Sequence record: NC_048668.1
DNA length: 64,000 nucleotides
Direction: 5' to 3' (one strand)
Below are positions 55,344 through 63,937 of the stretch, piece after piece. Both the position numbers and the translations under genes were made by a program. The notes below the pieces were generated by a model, which was not told the DNA's origin, did not search any database, and saw only the letters and a program-made list of their open reading frames with translations. Position 1 is the first letter of the stretch. The number at the start of each line of letters is the position of its first letter.

Positions 55344-57522
55344 TTAAATTTGCCTCATATAGATACTGTTGATCCGATGAGCCATGTTCATTGGTGCCCG
55401 AGTGATGTCAATCATGAACGCTGCATGGGACGCCCAGTCAGGAATCGCAGTAAAGGAAAGCGGTTGTCCGTCGTAACCTTGGATGTTAAGCGGAGTCTCG
55501 TAAGTCTTGATAGAGGACCCTGGTCCGTTCAACTGAAGGTCGTAACCGCCACCAACTACCGACTTGTAAACGATAGGTGAACGCTCATCATCTGGGCCGA
55601 AGAACTCGGCTGCCATGTAGACTACGCGAATACTAATCGTACCAGAAGATGCCCAGCTACTTAGGTTGACACGAGCGATTACCGGACCGTTACCTTTGAG
55701 AGGCATAGAACCGATATAGAGTTGATACGTCCCGTCTTTAGGTACAGTGTTGGTACCTACCTGCATGTAACCGTTAAGGCGCTGGATGGAGAAGTTAGTA
55801 GACCCGGCAGTACCCCAGCCCACTCGGTTCTTACGAATCTCACAACCCGTACCGCCCGGAGATGGGATCCAAACTTCGTGTGCGTAGTGAGACACATCGC
55901 TAAAGATCTCTGAACGGATGTAGTTCTCTTCAGGGACTTCAGGTTGAATCGAGGTCAATGCCAACGGCGGGCCGTTATGCGGCAACTTACTATCGCGGAA
56001 GGTAACTGTACCTTTACCCGATACCCAACCAGTAATTGCAGGGTCGTCGTTACTAATACCCAGGTTACTGAAGTAGCATTTATCGAACGACATCACACAG
56101 CGATCACCTGCAAAGAAGACGTTACTCTTAGCCTTCGTATTGGATGCGCGGAAAATGAAGTTAACGCCGTTGAACACGATATTGGCATTGAGTCCGTCTT
56201 TCACTTCGAAAGCATACTCGTAAGGACCCTCGCCTTCGAACCATCCATCATTAAAGATCAAACGAGCCGAACCACTGTCTACTAAGACGTAACGTTTGTA
56301 CGCATAGTCGAAAGAACAGTTGTCAAAGATCGTGTGTGCTTTGTTAACGTTGATGAAGTAATTCGACTGGGAGAAGATACAGGAGATGAAGTGGATCTGT
56401 TCCCCGGAGTTAGTCATTGTAGCATTGTTGGTGTAGCAGATGTTACAATGGTTGAACTGGTAGTTGAAGAACTTGACGTAGTACGTATTGGAGCTATAGG
56501 TAAACCCAGTGGAGAACAGATCGCAACCGCCACCCATAAAGCACATGGAGTTCTGTGCCCAGAAATAAGCGAAGGTGTCGTTCATTCCCATGAAGTGTAC
56601 GTACTTATCCATCCCAGGGCCGACCGCACGGAGATTACGACACTCCATGGTACCTTGGGTATAACCTCGCAAGTTAACCCAGCTAATGCCGTATACAGGC
56701 GCTGCTGCAGTGCCTGGGGTCATCAGGGTAAAGTCGAGGATGGCTCCAGAGAAATCGTAATCGATTGTCTTGGTCTGAAGCGTAATCGTAGTCTTGATAA
56801 AGTACCGACCAGGATTACATTCCATCTTAATGTTACCGTTAATCGAACGAGTCGTATCGTTAGTAAACGGAACAGTCTCAGACCACTTGGACATCCGGGT
56901 AAATGCAGGGCCAGAGTCGATGCTGTTGTCGTTAGGCGCAGCGCCCCAGAACGTAGGGTTGATTACACCAGCGTTATCAAATACACGTTTCCAGCGACTG
57001 CCATCTGTGGCAACAATAGTTGCACCGCCGTCATCGGTAGAAGTTTTGTCCGCCTTAATAAAGGCAAACTTACCGCCACCGATACCTGAACCTGCACGAT
57101 AACTTTTAACTTCAATAACTTCGTTATCCGAAAATAGGTTTAGTAGTACGGAGATCAGAGACGCTCTCAACCGTACGTAATACTTTGGCGTACTGGAGTG
57201 CTTCGTTGGTGATGAGGCGTTTAATCTTACCCTGTTCGTTCAGAGTAGCTACTGCGCCAGCATCGTTACGAGTATATTCGTTAACGTAGAAGTGACGGCT
57301 ATCTTCGTAGGTAAAGAAAATATCGCCGACTTTAGTTGCTGCGATCCCTTTCTCAAGAGAATCAAACGCGGAATGATAATCAAGTTGTTTACGCAGATCG
57401 TTCAAGTCCAATACTGCGGTTTCCAATACACCTTGTTCATTCACCGTGTTGAATGGGAAATAGTCGTTTTCTTTTGGTGTAGACGACGAAGGTAATTGAG
57501 ATATCTTTTGGCCATTAATCAT
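55344..57522 (-). CDS. Tailspike/depolymerase-like protein, about 725 aa, +1 frameshift at 57131-57134
   Basis: ORF 57124..57522 (anchor domain) and ORF 55344..57170 join as ESVSDLRTTKPISDNEVIEVKSY, colinear with KTIAALRNRVPTLEGEPVYVISY of the 627 gene. Confidence 0.75.
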
Positions 57523-57550
57523 GAGATAACCTTATCTGTATTTGGTCAAT

Positions 57551-57556
57551 TCATAG
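57551..57556 (-). promoter_or_regulatory. Late-promoter-like CTATGA site
   Basis: Minus-strand TTCCTATGAA, 34 nt before ATG 57522 and just after a terminator. Confidence 0.5.
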
Positions 57557-57566
57557 GAAGTTGCAT

Positions 57567-57596
57567 AATAGAGTGGAGGTAATCCCCCACTCTATT
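57567..57596 (-). terminator. Terminator hairpin
   Basis: AATAGAGTGGAGG / CCCCCACTCTATT. Confidence 0.65.
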
Positions 57597-57598
57597 TA

Positions 57599-59665
57599 TT
57601 ACGCCATAACTAGTTTAGACCATTTAGCCGCAGCGCCTACTCCGGCAGTATTACAAATCCACATGGAGTCCGTAGCGGTTCCGTCGTATGCGATTGCTAC
57701 CTGTCCCTTACGTACTGTTCCGGAAATTTCTGACGGGGATGTTTTAACGGATATCACGTTAGGTGACTGAACGTGGATACCCATTACGAAGTTACTCGGT
57801 TGTGATGGGACGGATACTGTTCCTAGGATAGTGTTCCCAAGTACTGTACAGTTGCCGTTACCCAAGGTCACATCTCCGAGAACGTGACAACCGAGTAGTG
57901 TTATTCGCTGACTGTTCGCGTCTCCTGTTACGCTTCCTTGAATTACCGTATTTACCATCCTTATCCCCGATGCAGACTGTAGTATAGAACCACTACCGGC
58001 CACGATGTCAACATTACCTAAAACCAAGCAATTAGTTATTGCAACCTGACCTGATACAACCGGGAGTCTAAGGCTAGCAAATTGGGTATTTACGAATCGG
58101 AAATCGGTTTCAATGGATCCGGTGAAATAGGCATCGCCAATAAATGAGTTGGTGATGTTAAGTCTTACTTTACCTTTAGCCGATGGGTTAATCAGACTTA
58201 TACCGCCGCTAAAACGAGGACAATCATTAATCTGGACGTTAGCGTACGGACCTAATGCGACCGATTGACTGAAGTTACTAATGCCGCATTGAGTAAACCA
58301 AACTTCACCTTGTACTTGAGCAAACGTACCGGTAGGTAGAGAACCGGTCATCCCACTTCCGCGCCCAGGTCTCTCTGAGTGTAAGTTGGTAAAGTGTATC
58401 TGAATACCCCCATCTACCTTAAGGAACGGCGTGCAGTTATTGAGTTCGAAACTACCGCCATACCAGCTCAGGAAGTTAGAGGCATCTCCCTGTCTTGAGG
58501 AAGTGACCCATACTGGAGGGAACGCTTGGTTGGCCGGGTCGCCGATATCGACGTAACTCATATAGTCTTTACCGTCGTTTAAACGACCAGAAGCAAAGAC
58601 ACCGACGCGGTTAAAGGTATTGTCAAAGGCGTTGTCGAGATAAAGGCCGGATCCTCTAAAGTTCTGGATGACTACGTCTTCCCAAAGAGAGCCTGTGGTT
58701 CGACATTTAACTCCGTGACAAAAGGCGAATCCTACCTCGTCACCTGGGTTCGCTATCTTTGTAGATATCCCCTCGACGCATAACCTACATAGAGTCAGTG
58801 AGTTAAACTTGAACTCAGAACCCCAATTATCAATCGCTCCGACGTTGTCCCATCCGTTAGCTAGCGCTGTCGAACGAGGAATATTGAACGATAGCACCGT
58901 ACCGTTGTCCGGAGCTGAGCCTGCGCCTTCCAGGAACCAACTACATTTAGCTCCCTTATTAAAGTATGGTAGAATGACGGGCTTGGTAAGGACGATCTTC
59001 ATGGCAGGTAAAAATACCTTTCCAGCATTACTGGTGAACTTAGTACGGTATTTGATTAGTCCGTCAAATGCATCATCCCAGCTATTACTCTCACTTTTGA
59101 ACCAGACCAGTTCCATATTGCCGTCTTCAATAACTCGAGACAATCGGACACCTGAGTTAGTGACTAGATTAACACCGCCGTCATCTTCTGTAGTTTTATC
59201 GGTTAAGTCTACAATGAACGTTCCGCGGTTATAGACCCTGGCGTTAAGTTCAATCGTTAACTCTACCTTCTGCTTATCCCTCAGATTCTTCAAACCCTTG
59301 ATGTCACTGAACGAAGATACCTGGATAGGCTGACTTATTTGGAAACGGTTGGTGGTGTAAAGAATAGGTGCGTTATTTTCGTCGACGTAGACGACTGACC
59401 CAGAACCCACTTTTCGGTACCTTAGCGCTAACTCTTTACGATTCTCATCAGTGTAGACAAAGAAGTCCTCATTAACAATGGTCTTAGACATCCCTTCTTC
59501 AATGGTGCTAAACGCATTAGAAAGATCGAGTACCTCTCTCAAAGTACCGATAGAAACTTTACCGGTCTCATTACCAGCCGAATCTACCGTAGGAAATACC
59601 GATCCTTCCGATAGAGTATCTTTATTTGGTAAATTAGATATTTTAATTGGGTCGCTAAAAGACAT
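57599..59665 (-). CDS. Tailspike/depolymerase-like protein, 688 aa
   Basis: KISNLP anchor, NAFSTIEEG..FFVYTD and DDGG module shared with paralogues; beta-helix body. Confidence 0.75.
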   Translation of the reverse strand: MSFSDPIKISNLPNKDTLSEGSVFPTVDSAGNETGKVSIGTLREVLDLSNAFSTIEEGMSKTIVNEDFFVYTDENRKELALRYRKVGSGSVVYVDENNAPILYTTNRFQISQPIQVSSFSDIKGLKNLRDKQKVELTIELNARVYNRGTFIVDLTDKTTEDDGGVNLVTNSGVRLSRVIEDGNMELVWFKSESNSWDDAFDGLIKYRTKFTSNAGKVFLPAMKIVLTKPVILPYFNKGAKCSWFLEGAGSAPDNGTVLSFNIPRSTALANGWDNVGAIDNWGSEFKFNSLTLCRLCVEGISTKIANPGDEVGFAFCHGVKCRTTGSLWEDVVIQNFRGSGLYLDNAFDNTFNRVGVFASGRLNDGKDYMSYVDIGDPANQAFPPVWVTSSRQGDASNFLSWYGGSFELNNCTPFLKVDGGIQIHFTNLHSERPGRGSGMTGSLPTGTFAQVQGEVWFTQCGISNFSQSVALGPYANVQINDCPRFSGGISLINPSAKGKVRLNITNSFIGDAYFTGSIETDFRFVNTQFASLRLPVVSGQVAITNCLVLGNVDIVAGSGSILQSASGIRMVNTVIQGSVTGDANSQRITLLGCHVLGDVTLGNGNCTVLGNTILGTVSVPSQPSNFVMGIHVQSPNVISVKTSPSEISGTVRKGQVAIAYDGTATDSMWICNTAGVGAAAKWSKLVMA

Positions 59666-59674
59666 CGAATACCT

Positions 59675-60215
59675 CTATTGACTTTTGAATGGGTTGAATT
59701 GAACCGCTAACTGATACGTATCGAAATTCTCGGTCTTCAACTTCCAACCCAAGTAGATTTTGATACGTTTACCTTTAATGAAGCTAGGACCCATGTAATA
59801 GATCATCCAGTAGTGGTCTTTGTATATTCCTGTCTGATTGTTCCAAGCCGGACCTTTTACAGTCGGTTTGACTGAAGACTTAGGTGCGCCCAAGAACCGG
59901 ATACTGAAGTTATAGAGCGGGTTCCGATAAAGCCAAAGGACTCGGCAAATGTACTGCGCTGTTTTTGGCGGTAGGTTCTTTCTCCAGAGCGTATGCTCTG
60001 TCTTCCAGCCGTTATCGCCATCCAAATCGTTTATCTGGCATCATGAACCAATCGAGCCATTTAGGAAGACGTGCATCCTTAGTTGCAAAGATTGGGAGGA
60101 ATGGCGTCACTACTGCGGCAACTGCCAAAGTCAGTAGGTAAACAACCAACAACAAACACCAATGGATAAATCCCTTCAAGGGAACAGGTGTACTGAACAC
60201 CGTAATTGTTTTCAT
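59675..60215 (-). CDS. Membrane-anchored phage protein, about 179 aa, +1 frameshift at 60030-60032
   Basis: Removing one A gives LPKWLDWFMMPDNDLDGDNGW...WLYRNPLYNF, a phage motif family usually found beside tail-fibre genes. Confidence 0.7.
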
Positions 60216-60238
60216 CTTGAGTCACTCTAGGTTAAAGG

Positions 60239-60278
60239 TCATATCAAACTTAATTTACGCCTATATCACAATTATGAA
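60239..60278 (+). promoter_or_regulatory. Early-promoter-like motif copy 8, overlapping a divergent minus-strand TATGA
   Basis: TCATATCAAA-N12-CTATATCACAATTATGAA. Confidence 0.55.
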
Positions 60279-60307
60279 TAGGATAAATTAATCTGAGGGC
60301 TTTGTGC

Positions 60308-60829
60308 ATGAACATTGAAAACTTCAAGAAAGACTTTGCTGAAATCGCTGACAAATTCAAAGTGATGTACGGTCACTTCAATCCAGAGAAGACTCGTCCA
60401 GATCTGGATATCAACAACGGTGACTGTGGCGTATTCGCACTGACTGTCGGTGCAGTACTCCAGAACAAAGGTTACAGTATCCAGTACGTAGATAACCTCA
60501 ACCATGGCTTCATTCGTCTTTACGACGTCGATGAAGACCTCTGCTTCGACAGCAACAACTACGAAGGTTGTTCCACTGCCGACATGAACGAGCGTTGGAG
60601 TTCGGATGAAATCAATCCGCTTGACTACAACGGCATGTGCGATGCGTTTGTCCCTTACGATGTTAAGGGTGCGTACATGATCAAAACTATCCTGGATCAT
60701 TACTCGGTCCCATTGCCAGAGTATATCCAGAACGTACTCAAAGAAGAACTCGAATACGAGATCACCGAGTACGTTGAGAAATACCAAGCGTTCATGGCTC
60801 GGTCTATCGAAGAACTGAACGCAGCGTAA
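60308..60829 (+). CDS. Hypothetical early protein (INNGDCGVFA motif)
   Basis: GAGG RBS; strong codon bias. Confidence 0.75.
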   Translation: MNIENFKKDFAEIADKFKVMYGHFNPEKTRPDLDINNGDCGVFALTVGAVLQNKGYSIQYVDNLNHGFIRLYDVDEDLCFDSNNYEGCSTADMNERWSSDEINPLDYNGMCDAFVPYDVKGAYMIKTILDHYSVPLPEYIQNVLKEELEYEITEYVEKYQAFMARSIEELNAA

Positions 60830-60920
60830 CCCTGAGCAATTCCGCTCGACACCCCGGCCGTAGATCTCACAGGTCAATAGCGACACTCGTAGAGGCTACG
60901 GTTTTTAGGAGAGTAGTACG

Positions 60921-61787
60921 ATGAAAACAACTGTAAAAGTATTAATGAAAAATGTCTATCTGGTCACCTTCGATCTGTTCGAGGCCAGTAAAATGATGAA
61001 CATGTCCTACTCGGATATGCAATCGTTATTCTGCCAACTCCGTAACATGAACGTCGGTAAAGATGACATGTATGGCCGGGTTATTAATAACCACCAACGT
61101 GCTCAGTACAACGGCCATGACCACTACGACTTCACTTGCTCACCGGACTTCATAATCCGGACAAGTGGTATTCGCATGGATAGCGAAGAGGCTATTGTCT
61201 CTATCAAGTTGGAAGTGCTCAACGAAGACATGTTCCCTACCTCTGCTGCTGAATTCGCTACCTACTTTAATGAGTACGGTTGGCGCTTCGTACCACGTTG
61301 CTTCTGCGTGAACTACGAAGTCGAGGATGCTAAGTTTGAAAACCCAATTCGCTCTTACGTCGGTCAGCCTAAAGAACTGACCAAAGGCTGGGTTAGGGAC
61401 GAAAGCGTCAACTATAGAACTATCGACATTTGGATTGATGACGAAACTGGTACTGAGCTTGGCGAGAATCCAGAGGAAGATATCGGCGTGTCGGATTCCG
61501 ATGAACGTAACCCGGTAATCATCGTCAATCAGGCTCATTCTGAAATCATCAAAATGATGCTCTGCTCAGGTTACAATTTCTCTACTGTCATCGACGGTAA
61601 AGAAGTTCATTTCGAAATCACCGGACCTAAGGACAATTCAAATAATCCTTACGCAGCTAAGTTGGATGAGCACTGTAAAGATCTGAAAGGTTCCTTCAAA
61701 CAGAAGGAAGGTTATAACGGCGCAACTTTTACGCCGGAGCAACCTGGTTGCGAGTATGATAACCAGCTTATGTGGGGGCCAGAATAA
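60921..61787 (+). CDS. Hypothetical protein
   Basis: AGGAG RBS; 288 aa. Confidence 0.75.
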   Translation: MKTTVKVLMKNVYLVTFDLFEASKMMNMSYSDMQSLFCQLRNMNVGKDDMYGRVINNHQRAQYNGHDHYDFTCSPDFIIRTSGIRMDSEEAIVSIKLEVLNEDMFPTSAAEFATYFNEYGWRFVPRCFCVNYEVEDAKFENPIRSYVGQPKELTKGWVRDESVNYRTIDIWIDDETGTELGENPEEDIGVSDSDERNPVIIVNQAHSEIIKMMLCSGYNFSTVIDGKEVHFEITGPKDNSNNPYAAKLDEHCKDLKGSFKQKEGYNGATFTPEQPGCEYDNQLMWGPE

Positions 61788-61797
61788 AAGAGGGTGT

Positions 61798-62224
61798 ATG
61801 GAAAAAGAAACCAAGAAAGAGAAGCGACCGGCAACGGTGCGGGAGGTTATTGAGAATATCCTCGAACTCCAGCCTTCCATTGATCCGAAGTATCTGAAAG
61901 GGTTCCATACCTTATCGGAACCCACGGATGACAACGGGAGGGTTTGTCGTGAATTCCTTCGCTGGTAAACTCGCAATTGAAGGATCTTTCTTAGCCGATG
62001 AATTAGAGCTATCGGTGAGGGAACAAGATCATCACTTCGAAGAATACCGTAGACATAATGCTGATGTTAACGTTCTGGCTAACCGCCAACGGGAAATAAT
62101 GCATTTACACGGTATTGCTGAATGTCTGGATCGTGGGGTATTGGCTGAGGAAATAGCCTACTACCTGGACGCTCCAGTATCAGAGATCGAAGAGAAGATT
62201 GAGAAGATCAAGTCGTTTAAGTAA
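61798..62224 (+). CDS. Hypothetical protein, about 141 aa, probable +1 frameshift near 61936-61945; C-terminal HTH-like segment
   Basis: ATG 61798 (GAGG RBS) stops at 61968; the +1 frame is ORF 61928..62224. Confidence 0.5.
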
Positions 62225-62231
62225 ATAAATG

Positions 62232-62253
62232 AGGTAGGGTTAATTCCCTACCT
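62232..62253 (+). terminator. Terminator hairpin (TTAATT loop)
   Basis: AGGTAGGG-TTAATT-CCCTACCT followed by TTATT. Confidence 0.75.
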
Positions 62254-62285
62254 TTATTCTGTCTTATCATAAAGGGTAATTGTAA

Positions 62286-62447
62286 ATGCATATTTTAATT
62301 CTGTTGGTTCTCTGGGTTATCGGCTCTTATGTTGTTGCTAATCGTGCGCAGTCTAAGGGCGGTAATTTCAAAACGTGATTCTGGATCTCTATGATCTTCG
62401 ATCCACTCGGTGGCTACGTGATCTATAAGCTCCTGTTACGCAAATAA
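62286..62447 (+). pseudogene. 53-codon membrane peptide with in-frame TGA at 62376-62378
   Basis: MHILILLVLWVIGSYVVANRAQSKGGNFKT*FWISMIFDPLGGYVIYKLLLRK. Confidence 0.55.
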
Positions 62448-62457
62448 ACATAACACT

Positions 62458-62487
62458 CCCTCAGTAGACCTAATGGTCTACTGAGGG
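62458..62487 (+). terminator. Terminator hairpin
   Basis: CCCTCAGTAGACC-TAAT-GGTCTACTGAGGG. Confidence 0.7.
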
Positions 62488-62495
62488 GATTGTAC

Positions 62496-62527
62496 CCATT
62501 TCCAATTTTTTTGGTGTCTATATAACC
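62496..62527 (+). repeat. 32-bp exact repeat copy B = early-promoter-like motif copy 9
   Basis: Identical to 40628-40659. Confidence 0.9.
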
Positions 62528-62655
62528 GTGGCGCAAGGGTAGAAGTAATACCTTTGTTAAAATCACAAACCTGCCTCTAAAGGGGAAATACTGTAATCAG
62601 ATAGAAACCATATACTCCTATTGAAGTACTTAACCAGTTTTGACTTACGGACTAC

Positions 62656-63330
62656 GTGAGTCGAAGAGCGTGTACAATCGTACACGTTAAACTGAGTTCC
62701 GGAACATTCGTCCGGAATAGGAGCACTACCATGGAAATCGACTACGATTTCAAAACACCTAGTTTATGGATTGACAAAGGTGTTGTCGAAGACGCTAAGA
62801 GATTTAAGTCTCTTAATAAATCCGGCAAGAAAAAGTTCATTGAAGAACTAAACGACTACGCCAGTAAAATGGACGCGACTGACTACTCTAGTGATGGATT
62901 GAATCTACTTTGTACTCTTCTTGATAATATCGAGAAGGGATATGACGTAGAGGCATCTAAGGTGGTTATCTACTGCTTGTTGAAGCGCGTTGGTTTCAAT
63001 GAGCTCGCCGAGAAGTTAGAGTCAGCTACTATGGAATCGTTATTAGTTAAAACGATTTTGAAGAAAGCGGCTCGTACGTTGTTATTCTTTATCTGTACAA
63101 CATACTTAAAGTCCTTTTCGATATCAGCTTTCATAGCTAAGTTTGCTTATGAATTCATGATACTAGTCGAAAAACGACTGGCGTTGATTAAAGCTGTTTT
63201 TAGATACTTTACCGTTAAAGGACATAAAGAGAAGACTGGGGACAACCAGTCTTCTCTGATTTACGGTCTTGGTACTAAGATCAGTTTGGTTTTCACTTTC
63301 TTAAAAAAGGAAGTGGAGGAATATCTATAA
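62656..63330 (+). CDS. AT-rich hypothetical protein; 5' end uncertain (GTG 62656 or ATG 62731)
   Basis: Long ORF behind the repeat; AGGAG RBS before 62731. Confidence 0.6.
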   Translation: MSRRACTIVHVKLSSGTFVRNRSTTMEIDYDFKTPSLWIDKGVVEDAKRFKSLNKSGKKKFIEELNDYASKMDATDYSSDGLNLLCTLLDNIEKGYDVEASKVVIYCLLKRVGFNELAEKLESATMESLLVKTILKKAARTLLFFICTTYLKSFSISAFIAKFAYEFMILVEKRLALIKAVFRYFTVKGHKEKTGDNQSSLIYGLGTKISLVFTFLKKEVEEYL

Positions 63331-63416
63331 GATACTGAGGAGATAAACTACCACTAGGCCCGTGTTACCGCAACGGGCCAATACCCTTTTCATAAAAAGA
63401 AAAGGTACGTAAAAAT

Positions 63417-63456
63417 TGATTTCCATTACTTTTCAAGTCTATATAACCTAGGCGAA
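63417..63456 (+). promoter_or_regulatory. Early-promoter-like motif copy 10
   Basis: TGATTTCCAT-N12-CTATATAACCTAGGCGAA. Confidence 0.6.
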
Positions 63457-63505
63457 TATCCAGAGTAATCTGGTCTTTTATCATACTTTATTTAGGAAAA
63501 TCACC

Positions 63506-63841
63506 ATGTTCAACAAACTGAAATCTCACCCAATCGTAAACCGCATCAAAGCTATCGCTCAGAAAGTTCCAGTGATCAAAGTAGAGATCATGACTATCTC
63601 TGAAAACGATTCCGCTCTGCAGGTTGAAGTGAAACAGACTCTGAACTTCGGTCTGTCTGTAATCATGACCATCGCTCTGCTGGTAACTCTGGCAAACCTG
63701 ATCGCAGTCACTTGGCCTATCCTGGCGTTCTACTCTGTTGTTCGTCTGTGCAACCGTGCTAGCCAAGCGTACAACAACTGGGCAGCTAAGCGTAAGGAAA
63801 CCGAAACTCAAACCCCTGAAGCAGAACCAGTAACTGCGTAA
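63506..63841 (+). CDS. Hypothetical early membrane-associated protein
   Basis: AGGA RBS; strong codon bias; hydrophobic C-terminal half. Confidence 0.75.
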   Translation: MFNKLKSHPIVNRIKAIAQKVPVIKVEIMTISENDSALQVEVKQTLNFGLSVIMTIALLVTLANLIAVTWPILAFYSVVRLCNRASQAYNNWAAKRKETETQTPEAEPVTA

Positions 63842-63937
63842 TAGCTCGATAACCCAAACTGTCGCGACCAGTGAGGGATCATCGAGGATCGTTCTATCAC
63901 AAACTCCAATCCATCATCTAATATTGAGGAAAACATT

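Noticed and set aside
60858-60901. CCGTAG...CTACGG stem with a large loop before gene 60921 (riboswitch-like?)
   Set aside because: No recognisable aptamer consensus; it is followed by TTTTT and is adequately explained as a terminator.
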